NCBI GenBank assembly: GCA_000934665.2
Contig: JYFJ02002350.1
Location: 1 to 58,620 of the forward strand
Direction: 5' to 3'
DNA length: 58,620 bases
Source of the DNA: Catajapyx aquilonaris
Taxonomy: Eukaryota
Positions within the stretch are counted from its first letter, which is position 1. Each line of letters starts with the position of its first letter. Position numbers and translations under genes: made by a program. Positions 26,501-38,403 of the stretch are shown piece by piece. The notes under the pieces are model-generated. The model searched no databases, was not told the origin of the DNA, and saw nothing but the letters and a program-made list of their open reading frames with translations.

Positions 26501-28612
26501 ATGTTGCTAACAAACTCACAGTCTGGCACATGTCTACTGTAATTTTTAAGGGTAAATCCATGTAACGGAGCTGACTTAACACCTTGCAAGCACCTGCCCT
26601 ACTTTAAAATCTCAGTTCATCATGTGACTCATTATATTCCTGCCTTGCACCGAAAGTGTAACATTACATTATCAACCTAAGAATCTGACTGCTTCACTTG
26701 CATTATGATATTGAGTCACTGCAATTTTCCAACATGGTGTACAGTCTGCGAATCCAAATTTCTTACGAAGCATACAACCGACTTCCAAAGTTGACATTTG
26801 CGTAAACCTTCCTTAATGCATGGAAGTTTGTACCAGGGTACGGTAAATGCCACACTATAAATTTTCTGCTCTAACCTCAGATAAAACATGCTTTCACTAT
26901 CACAAGTAAAGACCTTGGTGAAATCCTGCAGCCAGGCAAATGGTGACGCTGGTAACAACCTGTGATACTGTACCATCCAATATGGTCTGTTGTAATCACA
27001 GTTAAAAATTCCTCAATATACTGGATTTATAGGAGAGGCAATACACTACTGATTTCTATGGAAAAAAAAATTAAAACTGTAATTGTTAAAAAATGTGGCA
27101 GGTTACCATGGATCTCATATTTAACCAATACGGCACCTGTTATGTCATGCTGGGTTATGTGCACCCACATAAATTTGTACGAATACACACGCTGTTACAG
27201 CCATGCCAGTGCACGTAATAACCTTGCCACGAGCAACCTTGACTGATTAACCAATCCAAACCACATAATTTCCTTTGCCCATAGTCCTTGTACCACGCAC
27301 ATGCTTCATGGTGAAGGTTCCACCTGATAATATTTTGCAGCCTGCCCCCTTTACATCAAACTTGCGATTGAGGTAACAATGGCATAATGTCTGCAGATCA
27401 AAGCCCTACGTGACGTACAGGATTATGCAATGCGTTTACCAAACCATCTGTTTAATTTGTGACCAACCACTGCATATTCTCAACCCAGCATGACGCTCAT
27501 TTCGCTGGAATAACGTCACTTCATTGTTAAAACATTGCTGCTGATAAACCTGCCTTCCAGCAACGTTCACGTGAAAATATGACGTCAAGCCTGCGTAAAA
27601 TCGAGTTTATATGAATGGAGCTGAAAAAGCAGCGGAAATGATTTCACAAAAGGTTGAAGATCTGCGTTGACGCCTTTCACGCAAAATCCGACAAGTCCTT
27701 GTGCGAATTCTCGAAAAATCATCCGTGACGACGCTGAGCAGGAAACCCAAGGACACCCAATCCGCAAAAATATTTTTTCCCCCCTCCATAAGCGTTACGC
27801 AATGGCCAACCCCAAAAACCCACTCCACGTGTACAGGAAACTCCTCTTCTCCTTTCATCACCTGTCATCTTCCCGAATGTCGCAACGCCACACTTTCATG
27901 CAAACCATTGGCAACAATGCAAATTATGTCTAGTAATGGCAATCTTGAGGTTTTTTTTTTGCGAATCCTGCCGCAGGGTTGCCAAATTTCATTGCGGCAG
28001 GCCCCCCTTTCAGATTATTATAACGGAATTTCGGCTACACAGCAGGAGTCGAAATACCAAATGGCATAGTTGGCATACCGCGTTTTCCCCTTCCACGATC
28101 CGCTCTTCTCCCAGGCAGCCGCATATCAGGGAGAGGGGGGGGACCATGGAAAAGTGGGTCAATCGACTGCATCACCCACCCTCCCCATGTAGGCCACGCC
28201 GCATCNTTGTCTGATCCACGGTGCGTCAACCCAAAGGGGGCCCAAAAGCACCCGTGGGCAAGGCCACATGAGTCAACCCCGAGCTTTGGGCTTTTCCCCC
28301 CCGGCCATCTCCCGCCGACTCGTTGTTCCCGCCAGAGTACAACGACCCTGCCCCAACCACGCGTGTCTGACTCAGTCTGACTGGCACCCGCCATTTGGCG
28401 ACCATGCTGCAAGGATGCCAACCCGGTGGCACCCCCTGCGTGGCCAACACCCAGTCACACAGCATCAGGGTCGCCAACTGGTGGCACCCAAGGGTTGCCA
28501 TTGCCAATCCGGAAGTTCCCTCCCTCCCGGGCTTATGGATGGGTCCGACCTTGGCCCCAAAAACTGCTGCACAGTACTCACCAGGCCGTCCTTTCCTCTT
28601 GCTGCGCGGCAT
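20579..28612 (-). CDS. IFRD1: Interferon-related developmental regulator (IFRD1/IFRD2 homologue), 6 coding exons
   Basis: Exons 28612-28582 (MPRSKRKGRP), 25727-25611, 24349-23980, 22867-22372, 22013-21798, 20665-20579, all phase-consistent. Motifs EEKLKEAID..QKSAAGR, ERCLRKGKG, AAASSWALMLT, RIAAGECLALL, LATDSHKYRAKKDRKQQRSSFRDI, VRDIFELG, AFKARTLSRSRNRDKR. Confidence 0.93.
20788..21353. repeat. Long inverted repeat (foldback) in the last IFRD intron
   Basis: About 20788-21015 is the reverse complement of about 21157-21353 (e.g. ctattgttgccactgtttacaggga / tccctgtaaacagtggcaacaatag), with scattered mismatches and indels and a spacer of about 140 bp. Confidence 0.9.
21468..21600 (-). ncRNA. 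Candidate box H/ACA snoRNA, copy 1 (IFRD intron 5)
   Basis: On the host sense strand: hairpin 1 (gcatcaa...ttgatgc with inner gcaa/ttgc and gtgat/atcat stems), H box AAACTA (ANANNA), hairpin 2 (tttcc...ggaaa with gtgtgtt/agcacat upper stem), then ACA plus 3 nt; 133 nt. Confidence 0.65.
23045..23177 (-). ncRNA. Candidate box H/ACA snoRNA, copy 2 (IFRD intron 3)
   Basis: Near-identical same-orientation copy of 21468-21600 with the same H and ACA boxes; differences fall mainly in loops and pockets. Confidence 0.65.
25817..25880 (-). CDS. Possible alternative first coding exon of IFRD (MPTRQGKREKSLAKSLLRKSM)
   Basis: ATG-initiated basic peptide ending G|GTGTGT in phase 1, which fits the exon 2 acceptor at 25727. 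Confidence 0.4.
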
Positions 28613-28708
28613 GGCACCGCCTAGGTTACGGTGTGTCCTGCCCTTGCCTTCTTTTTTTTTAAACGTGGGGTGGGGTAGTAGTGCCTAGTTAGTTCCGTCC
28701 GATAATAA

Positions 28709-28849
28709 TCAGGAGGGCGCGCACTGGGGTATAGACCGCACTGCTACAGTACTGTGTGGTTGAGACGGACTGGTGTTAAAACAGCTGGGGCATGGGGCGA
28801 CTGAGGACACGGGGCAGGGCGAAGCGGAGCGGACGAGATTCACTGGCAT
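28709..28849 (-). promoter_or_regulatory. Upstream ORF(s) in the probable IFRD 5' leader
   Basis: 46-aa uORF 28849-28709 and nested MPQLF* (28793-28776), ending about 100 nt before the main ATG; a TCAGT Inr-like motif lies near 28880. Confidence 0.45.
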
Positions 28850-29558
28850 CTTCCTTATGGCTCTCCCTCACACGGACTGAGGACACCGCCCACTACGGAA
28901 CGCATAGCTTCCCAACCCCCACCACTCACCCCCCAACAACTGCAAAAGGTTCGATTGTCGAAACGAGACGCCCGCCCCGTGCTCCCGCATATGAAATACA
29001 CAAACGAAACGAAATTTGCGAAATGTTAACGAAACGGCCGCTTGGGGGACACACGGCAGGGTTGCCAGACCAATGTTTACGCGCGTTGCGGCCATTGTAG
29101 GCAGTGACGGCTACCACGCATGCGTCAGTTGTAACTGAGCGATCCTATTGGTGGACGTCCCAGGGAATGTTTACACCTTCACGAGATTGGAAGGTTGCCA
29201 GAAGCAGCGCGCCCTTGCTCGAATGTTCCACGCCGTGTCCGCGTGACGCGTGTCATTGAACGTTGCGGTAATATAGAAAACGTAGTAAATGCACATTAGG
29301 TCGGTGTCAAGGAGAGTCCGTCCATTCAATGACACGGAGGTTGTTGCACGTGCCCTTTATTGATGCGGGTACACGTGTTACGACTTATGGGGGTTCATAC
29401 GAGATTGCCTCAAGGTCGCCGAACCGACACGGCGGGTCAATATGGAATTTTACGCTAAAACATGTCAATGCTCTAAAGTTGCTCCAAACAAACATAGTAT
29501 AACCAGCAAATTTATGGCATATAATAACCGAAATGTGATGAACTTGGGAATTTGAATA

Positions 29559-29741
29559 GAGTAAAAACCTCGATATTGATAACGAACTCTCCGGCATAAT
29601 AACCCTTTCCCGCTTTTAACGCCCCCTTTTTTTCGGTCCCTTGATCATTCCATAGGTAAATTTTCCCGCATATAACGCTATCCCGCTTATAAAGCTACTT
29701 TTGGTCGGTCCCTTGAAGAGCGTTACATCGAGCTTTTACTG
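29559..29741. mobile_element. Tc1/mariner-type (Tigger-like) MITE
   Basis: Imperfect TIRs gagtaaaaacctcgatat / acatcgagcttttactg flanked by TA; internal repeated tcccgc/ggtccctt motifs. Confidence 0.6.
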
Positions 29742-30383
29742 TATTTGTCAGATCCGGTTGTTGCGTTTCTCGTGGTTTTCAATTGTTGATCACGACCGAG
29801 ATACATATACTACGAGATGTGAAATCGGCTCTTACCATTTAAAACCTACAGTACTGATATGCACTTTAATGTCAACGGGGCCCATTTTCCCCAGCATATC
29901 CATTGCAAGTACAGCACGACCCCCCCCCCCCCTTTTTTTTTAACCGGGCATGGTTGCACCCTAGGCAACATTCAAGTGTAAATATAACTCTAATCACAGC
30001 CCACAGTCGTGAAATTCCCCCAAATTGTTTATATTGTTGCCAACAACGAGTTAGCATGTAATAAATCGCGTAAATCCCTGTTAGGTTACCTTCAATGGTG
30101 CAATCCGTCTTAAATTCCACGTACAGTACAACGCAGCACCCCCGGAGGGCAAATGCGCCAATAATGTTGGATTTTGATTATTCGGGCGAATCGGACAATT
30201 AATTGACAGCACAAACACCCACAATCGTACGTATAGGCTATAATGCATGCAATGTAAAAATTGCAGTCTTCTCATGAACCTTGTCAAGGGGTAAAACCGA
30301 GCAAAACTTTACAATTTCGGTGTGTAAAACATATTTCACCATGGTATGACCGAAAATCTCCAAATCGCGTAAATGATGCTTAC

Positions 30384-30414
30384 CTTTCCGTCTCCTAGTA
30401 TGTTGATGTCCCAT
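30384..30414 (-). CDS. Possible distal alternative first coding exon of IFRD (MGHQHTRRRK)
   Basis: 10 codons plus G followed by a strong donor (AAAG|GTAAGC); same 31-nt coding length and phase 1 as exon 28612-28582; a CpG-rich CRE-containing region lies just upstream. Confidence 0.5.
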
Positions 30415-30530
30415 ATCTGTATAGGCGGCTGAACCACTATCCTTGTGATTACACTCGGCAGTACCGCATCAAAACATGGACTGGTGATACGGGCACCGGT
30501 ATTGTTATTTTACCGTCGCATCGTGGTGCA

Positions 30531-30615
30531 AGACGTCATTACGTGACGCAATGTGAAGGTCGTGACGTCACGCTGACGATCAGGTCCATCCGCCTATGGC
30601 AGTCGACGTGGGCGG
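30531..30615. promoter_or_regulatory. Cluster of CRE/ATF-type bZIP sites
   Basis: GACGTCAT, TGACGCAA (30544-30551), palindrome CGTGACGTCACG (30561-30572), and GACGTGG next to a GC box. Confidence 0.45.
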
Positions 30616-31095
30616 AGGCGGCGATGCAGGGCGATGGCGGTCTTCTCCGAAAAGCTCGCGTCATCATCACGCTGAAAATAATAATTTATCGACCGGTAAT
30701 TGGTAACCCACGCACCCGGTTTGCGGGGGCTCTAACTTTTAGCGCCTTGAACAATAGTGTTTGTTTGTGGTAGGATTCAATGAAGGTCCAGCCATGCTTG
30801 GCCTGTGGGTTAATTAAACAATAAGTGAGGGACTAATATATGCTTATCAGTATTGTGCGGCAATGTGTGAGGGTGACGAATATTTTTTATCATTTGAACT
30901 AATATGCAAACAAATTATGCAATAATCATTCCTTAATATGTATGCAAACAAAATATGTAATAAAATAATTATTCATGTGCAAGCAAAATGTCATAAGCTC
31001 GGTCATAATTATGGAATACGCATGATTTGTCGGTGAAATCTAGCTTATACATTAGACCTATATTATTGCTGCTCTATGTAGACCTGTTCATAGAA

Positions 31096-31549
31096 CAGAG
31101 TTTCTCAACCGGGGTTCCGCGAGCAATCGCCAGGGGTTCCGCGAGAAATAGTGATGAATAGACTATAATCAGCATAATAATTGAATGGGTTAGTGCCATA
31201 ACGTGCTAAGCCACAAAACCTTCATTCTGAGATATGGGCTTTCAAAAGTTTGGCTTAACATGGCAAATCATACAAAACAAGGAACATTATTCGTGATTTT
31301 CTCGTGATCTATGGGGAATTTTTCTAACTACGTGATGCCCACTTGTGAAGCACGATGGTGGGACTTTCAGACACGTGCAAGCTCAAAAAACACAAAAGTG
31401 TGGCTTAGCACGTTATGGCACTAACCCCTTCAATTATGTAAATGTATTTTTGAGTCATACTTGAGGTGTGATAATTTTTAAGTAGGGGTTCCCTGAGACA
31501 TCAGTATTATTTTAAGGGTTCCGCAAGTGTAAAAAGTAGAGAAACCGTG
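31096..31549. mobile_element. hAT-like MITE with a nested palindromic MITE (about 31179-31435)
   Basis: Ends cagagtttctcaacc / gtagagaaaccgtg, ggggttcc subterminal repeats, degenerate 8-bp flanks tcatagaa/ctatcgaa. Inner TIRs gggttagtgccataacgtgctaagccac / gtggcttagcacgttatggcactaaccc. Confidence 0.7.
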
Positions 31550-32141
31550 CTATCGAATATGGAAAACGTTTTGTGCTCTCGAAAAATCTTTCAGAGAAAA
31601 AGGATTTCTTGTGCCCACACCACAAAAGGTTGAAGATCGCCGACTCAGATCAACTGTATACCTACAAGGTCATCAGCTGTCTACCAAAAACCGTTGAACT
31701 TTCCCAAAAACCCACCCATTCCCGTGCTCCTCTCCTCCCTAGGCTGCTAGAAGAGCATGTAAGGTTAATGCCACCAAGTATGGATCTGTAGCCTACTAGG
31801 CCGGGTCTACAGCCTATAAACACGAGGGGTAGAATTGGCAGCGAGGCCGCGCATGATTGCTAATATCCGCCGCCCTTCTGTGCATGTCCCCCTCTGCGTA
31901 TGACTCAAATCTCCAACAAAAGACTTGCAGCATAAAAAAGTGGGCTGTGTCAAGACTCGGACTTTGGTTCCCCCCAGCCATCGGAGAGCTCCATTGAAAT
32001 ATTCCTCCCTCGGCGGGCGCCACCTCCTCGTGACGTCACTATTGGCCCATCCCCTGCCTGCTTCCCTTTTGCTTTCTGCCCACTAGACCCAGCCAGAGGC
32101 TTCGACAGACTACATTTGACCCACACACACTGGTCTACACC

Positions 32142-35100
32142 ATGGCGCCTCTCAGCCTGGGACTTCTGGTTCTGGTGTCAGTCTGCGCTTTGCATGCAGG
32201 TAATGTCCACTTTTGGCATAAGGTGACAGTCGGGAGCATTTCACTGAGTGGGTAAGGGCACCGCCCTGAGACCACTTTGCAGGCTGCTGGACCGATTGGT
32301 ATCACATGTGGACCACGCCCTTATTGTAACAATTGCTTCCGATTTAACCGTGTGTTTGTGCAGGTTGCAAATTGTCACATGTAGGCTATGCGGCGGGAAT
32401 TAGGTCAAACGTGACATACTAGCTGGATTATGTCAGCAGGTGGTCAATACAGGGATGTGGCTCTTACTGGTTGGAAACACGTGTCGGTCACGTCAATTGT
32501 TGGTAGTTTGAGCGCAGTATTTTTGTCTGTAGACGAGTGTAGACGATATTAAATGGAGTGGGCAATACCGCCTGGATATTCCGAGAGAACGGCAATTATC
32601 TTCGCCTCTGCCACTCGTACAGCATCCTAGACATCATCTCCACAGCCAAGTATAGGGCGACATATTTTGCAATAGGGACCTACTGTCCAGAGAGAAAGGT
32701 CCAAGGTTGCAGCAATAAAGACCGATATCCGCGAGCCATGTATTACGTGAAGCGGTGGGTGTGGGTCCAATATGAGGGTTGGGACAAGTCGAAATTAAGA
32801 TTATAACGCGAAATTATTTTGAGCGGCGGCTATCCTGAAGAAAAGCACTACGTAGTGCTTTTCTTCAGGAGTCATATCGGACATATCCCGTACATTATTA
32901 AGATCAACACATTCCTATTTTTAACACACTTCATTTCCCGCGGGTGCTATCTGCGGTTATAAATCAGCGAATAGTTGGCGAGAATTGGCGACGAGCGAAT
33001 TTTTTCTGTGGCTTAGAGGGGATTCCCCCCTCGTGGAATGTGTGGCCTATGGTATAGATTAGAATGGACGGGCCTTGACAAAGTAGAAGACGGAGGCGGA
33101 GTTTGTAGAAAGTCGACTGATAATTGCTTCCTGCAGTATGCTTTCAGTGTATGAAATGCATGGGTCCTTTCTGCATAAGGACGAGTTGGGCACAAATTAT
33201 CATAATGTGTAGTGTGACTGCTGACATTGTAATTCACTGTACACCCCCAGCTATTAATTAGCTGAATGCATTTCACTTCAAGCCATCTTGCATAATGACT
33301 TTTTTCAGCTGGTACTGTACTTAAGTGTATCATTAATGCGAATTATTCAGGGCAGCGCCTGCATATAGCGTAGGGTTGTACTACTTCAGTGAAATTCAAG
33401 TTGGTGTTCTGGGTGGTGAAGGAGCAGTCTGGTCCTGACATATTCTCTGTGATCAATAACTAATCTTCACAGCATTTGCTTGGGTAGCTAGCTTGGATTA
33501 AGTAAGTTTCTGGATCGTTTATTCGACCGGATTGAATCTGATGGCCTGTAACACAATGATTCTTCCTGCAAGAGATCTAACTTAAAAGTTAGAGGTGATA
33601 AACATTAGCGAATTAATGATACAAGGTACTTATGGCAAAGGCAAGTATGGAAGTACCATATCCATTCAGAGCACATTGAAATTAATTCAGTAGTGAACAA
33701 TTTTGTTAATGTTCTACATTTAAAATATCTAACATAGGCTGAAAAGTGATAAATTTTCCTAACAATGTCTTGCCCAGATTACTCCATCTGGCTTGTTATG
33801 TTGCCTGAATTACAATCCACTAGTAAAATCTATAAGACTAGACAGGGTTATAAGGAGCCTGCAATAATTCCAAGAATAATAATTCTCATGTAACTAATTT
33901 ACAGTTGAAGGACGACAATGTGAGAACAATGTGATTGGATCCCTGGGCGTGACCTTCCAGTGTCCAAGCTTGTTGGACAGTGACAGTGACATATATTGCT
34001 GCGGACCTGAAGGAAAGCGCTACTGTTGCAGCAACCCTCTCAAGGATGAATGGGTCCTCATGTAAGTTGATCCCTTTTATAATTATGTCAGGTAGGAGAG
34101 CAAATAAGGTAATCCACAGCTTGTACAGCTTTGTAAATGGTATTATGCAACAAGTCAATTGCTAATCTGAGTGAGACTATTTCCAATCATGCATGAAACT
34201 ATTTCAAGGATAACCTTTCCAAAAAAGGATTTCTCCAAGATACTGAGTTACAAGCTGGATTACTTTCGTCACACCAAGGATTTATTTTGAACATGTTAGC
34301 TTCTATAAACTTCCTCCCACTTCCACCACACTAAAATTGAACAGACAAGCAGGAGCCACAAAAAGAGAAATGGCTGCGTCACATGTAAAACCCATAGTTA
34401 CTATTGATCTTTCAGTCAAAAACTGAGCAAATAAAATCATCAGAAGGATCAAAATTAAATAACTGCCTATTGCTAGAGTTATGGTGTGCAGGGAAGCAGC
34501 CATTATATCCCAATAATGTGAATTTGTTCCTAATATAAGTTACCTCTCCACCACATAGGTAGTACAGTATTAAATGGTGAATGCATGTTTATGACATGTG
34601 ATAATTCATAGTTCTGAAAGGGTAGAAAGGCTATAATTTGATTTGCAATGATGCTTGTTGAGACTCAGTGCATGAAACAAATCTGTCTGTGATAGGTAAA
34701 TGTTTACACGTAAGTGTTTTTTTCCTGTAAATAAGGAGTACCATCTGTGATGGATGAGGATGGCATGACATGGAATACTTCTTTTTTATACCATGAGGAG
34801 AACTGTGCAGTTCCCAGCAAATTAATTATACGATTTACAACAAAAAGTCATGCTGTGTAAATAATTTTTAGTACAAAATGTTGGATGAGTTTGGGACAGG
34901 TCACTGGTTATTTTTGGCAAGATTTTATCCCCCTGGAGTAAAACATTTTGACAGCAAAAATTACCAGCCTAATTATTTATTAACCTTTTCCAAAAATCTT
35001 ACTGATTTTTTCTAGTGGTAGAATAGTGAAAAAGCTCTGCACAAACCATGTTTCTTGATAAAAGGCACTCAATTTTTTTTTGTAATCCCAGTGCTTGGGA

Positions 35101-35315
35101 TGCCAATTTAATTAGCATACAGGGCCAAATAAACTTACTTTATGGAATAGACAAGTTGATGGTGTCTAAATTGTTTTCTGAACTGGTGCAGGTTGGCCAT
35201 CATCGTGGGTGTAGCAGCAGTGGCTGTGATGTCTCTTCTGGGATGTTGCGCCTGCTGCTGTTGCTGCCCATGCTGCTTCCTCTACCGCCGTCGCCATGGT
35301 CCTGCACTGGTCTAG
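32142..35315 (+). CDS. Shisa-like single-pass membrane protein, paralogue 1
   Basis: Exons 32142-32199 (signal peptide), 33905-34061 (C..FQCP..YCCG..YCC six-Cys domain), 35192-35315 (TM helix, CCACCCCCPCC, YRRRH); phases consistent. Confidence 0.85.
32833..32870. repeat. Perfect 38-bp loopless palindrome
   Basis: tcctgaagaaaagcactac|gtagtgcttttcttcagga. Confidence 0.95.
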
Positions 35316-35474
35316 CGTCAAGGAGCTTGTGCCCTCATTCTCTCCATCCCCTACCTCTACCCATTCCTCAATCCCCTCCCAACAAAAAGCTTCCTTCCCA
35401 TGCCATTCCTTTAAAAAATTTAATACTCAGAAGCATTCCAATATTCAGAGACTTGTTCCTGTGATGCCCTGTCA

Positions 35475-35657
35475 TTAGACGAGTGAAGCCATTTCCAGGG
35501 CTTCCTCTGCTTCCTGGGCTGAAATAAGTCCTTCCATGACCAGCCCCAGGACCAACTGCATGCAGGCATTCCCAGTGAAGATGTTGCATAGGAAGACGGG
35601 CAGCCCTGCATTTCCGCCCTGGGCACTGAAAACAGGCACTCGCATTGCACTCAGGAC
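35475..35657 (-). other. Duplicated (distal) terminal exon of the NUDT16-like gene
   Basis: Intact AG acceptor and open 60-aa frame VLSAMRVPVFSAQGGNAGLPVFLCNIFTGNACMQLV..., paralogous to 39162-38980. Confidence 0.75.
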
Positions 35658-36605
35658 CTGCCAAACAAGCCAGACCAAGTTAATAATGGGAACGCCCAGT
35701 GATGAGCCTTGCATGTTGTTTCTGCCTGCAGGACACTATTATTGCTGCTTGGCAGTGTTGTTTTTCACTCTTGGCAATAATGGCCTCTAAACCAACTGTT
35801 TCACACACTGGTGTCATCAGCTCAACCAGCCTGATTATTTGTGAGTGCATTTTCATGGGTGGCATCTTATTTGTGTACTGTCCAGTCAAAAGACAAGCTG
35901 CAGTGTAGATTTGCTTGGTTTTCATGTTGGCATTTTGAGAAAAGTGATGCACCCTATTTACTCAAGTCCCATGTGTCATAAATGTTGCCACCTTTATGTT
36001 TTGTAATGCTGTGTTCAGGAATCTCACAGAAGTGTTCAAAATATTTACCTGACCGCAGCCTTGTACCTTTCAGTATTGGACTCCATTCCATTAGCAATTT
36101 GGAATTTTCGTAACAAAATTAGCTGGAACATGTCATTGATGCAATGAACTTGACACCACATGCACTAGAATGCAACTTGTGGTAAGTAATACTTGTTGCA
36201 GTGTCATGGCATGTAAAATGTAAACCATTAATTGTGTGAAGACCAAATAAAGTCATCAATGAGTGAATTTCAATTAATCAAAATTGTCCTGACTTCAAAC
36301 TTGCACTGACTGTAACAAGACTGCACTAAGTAAGTCATGTTATGCTTTGGGAAAAACGAGACACCCAGATTTGTACATTGTTCAGTTACACTCCATTTAT
36401 CTGGCAATGATGGTATTTCTACCACCTTCAGAAAAATTAGTGATTTGGAGAATGATGTGAAAAATGCTGGTCGTCCTCTGATGTATGATGAGGTTACTTG
36501 CATTAGTCACCATTAGCTTGCACATTACCTCATCCAGGTTGGTGTAGTGCATACCACTCTTGCTGGTTGGCTGGCCTGGCCTTCAACTTGCACTGGAAAG
36601 GGAGA

Positions 36606-36935
36606 GGCGGAGTGGTGCTGCGGTAACGTATGCGCCCACGGATGTTAAGGTCCCGGGTTCGATCCCAACCCGGGGACACCCCCTTCATCTCGTGCAGAGT
36701 TCAGGGTCACCTCTGGCTTCGTCTCGGGTGGTATTTCCACAGACTAAACCACCCGGGGGAGTTCACTAAAAATGGCCACGTTGAAGACATTGCACTGCAC
36801 CTTGCACATCCCCTCCTGTCATCCTGCCCGTGGGCCCGGGCGCTACGTAAAAAGGCTCAAATGTACTTGATATAATAAATAAAGGTCCATGCTGCATACC
36901 TCGGATGAGGTCAAGCACTTAAAGAAAAAAAAAAA
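36606..36935 (+). mobile_element. tRNA-derived SINE, copy 1
   Basis: Pol III A box TGGTGCTGCGG, B box GGTTCGATCCC, A-rich tail; homologous to 50398-50720 (shared gacattgcactgcaccttgcac). Confidence 0.8.
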
Positions 36936-37261
36936 AGGTCCAAGCACCAACCCAGACACTGCACTTGAACCATTAAGGATGTACTGGACAGAAGTGCAAT
37001 ACTAGCAAGGTTGGCAACTTGAGCTGGGAGTCGCAGGACACACAAGCATAAGAAGCAACATATTTGAACGAACCAGGCAGTGCAAGAGCTCTGTCATCAG
37101 CCCTAAATAAATGAGATTCAATTGATACCCACAAGAGCTGATACCCATACAGAAATACAGTGGAAACTCCTAAAACAGGCAGCACACATTAATATTTTAT
37201 TAAAAAATGGACACATGTAGGTCAGTGCTTTGGTTGAAGCATTTAAATACAAAGGTACTTA

Positions 37262-38036
37262 CAAGGGGGGGACCCAAAGTTGCAACTCTCAGATTGCACG
37301 AAACTGGCGCAGTAGGTGTATCATTGGCCCAGCATTTCACTGGTAGGGGCCTTTTGTTGCAATGGCTCGTCGTTTTCGATATATGAGGGACAATAGATCC
37401 ACGTGGGTGTGTTCAGAAGAGGAAGGCAGAGGAATGGGACAGCGTTCTGTTCAGATGCCAGGGACATCAGATAGTCAACAACAGGGTCACCATTCCAGTC
37501 CAGTCCAGTAGTGTCCAGGGACTGGCAGCATGATGTGTAACCTGCTGGGATGACCATTGTTGTGCATCGAGGCCACTGATGTCCTTCCCCGAATACACTG
37601 TCATAAGGATTCATGTCAATCTGGCCACTCCAAGAGTCCACCACGAGCACAAAGTCTTCTTCCACTTCTTTGGCCACCACATTCTCCAGGTAGTCCTGAA
37701 CAATTGTTTTGGACAACTTCCCCAAACGACTGCACACAGTAGTGACATTTGGAGGTTGTATAGTGACTGCCTGAACTGCGGACCGAAGATCCCAGTCCTC
37801 TCCCTCAAGCAGACGAACAAGTTCCCCACGACATCACCACTCATGGCAGTAGTATATTCCACAGTGTAACTGTGGGTTACAAGGTTCTTGGGTGACTGTG
37901 CGTATCCAAGGGTAAGTAAAAAAACGGCTGGCCATTGCAACAAATGGCCCATACCAGTGAAATTCTAGGCATATGATACACCTACTGCGCCAGTTTCATA
38001 CAAATCTGACAGTTGCAACTTTGGGTCCCCCACTTG
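37262..38036 (-). mobile_element. Internally deleted pogo-like (Tc1/mariner superfamily) DNA transposon
   Basis: TIRs of about 105 bp (caagggggggacccaaagttgcaact.../...agttgcaactttgggtcccccacttg). Frameshifted DDE_1-like remnants FVLVVDSWSGQ, VIPAGYTSCCQSLD and THSYTVEY..SGDVVGNLFVCL. Confidence 0.8.
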
Positions 38037-38169
38037 TTACTGCTTGTAAATGTAACAATACTTCTTAACCTGTTGGACTAGAGTGACTAGAGCCTTCAGA
38101 AAGATTCACAACGTCAGTACCTGTATATCATATCACAGAGTTCCACAACTCTCACTCTCACACATATCT

Positions 38170-38403
38170 CAGGTGTCGAAATATTCAGATGCAAAGGTGC
38201 AATTTGCACTCCAAAATTGTTACCTGCACTCCAAACTGAGACTTGGAGTGCAACGCTTGCACTCCATTTGGTCCTGATTTTTAACATGGCTGAACCTGGC
38301 ATTGATTAAGAATGAAGGACTCCAAGTAAGTAATTTGCACTCCAGATTTTCATCTGGAGTGCAAACTTTGTACCTGGACAAAAAATTTAAAATTCGACCT
38401 GTG
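38170..38403. mobile_element. Probable degenerate MITE with repeated tgcactcca motifs
   Basis: Ends caggtgtcgaa / ttcgacctgtg; several tgcactcca/tggagtgca copies; no clear TSD. Confidence 0.45.

Noticed and set aside
35368..35664. Cys-rich ORFs here and at 38915-39178 as toxin- or metallothionein-like peptides
   Set aside because: They are alternative reading frames of the NUDT16 terminal exon copies.
36606..36680. tRNA gene
   Set aside because: It has A/B boxes but no acceptor stem or cloverleaf, and continues into a body shared with a second copy, so it is a SINE head.
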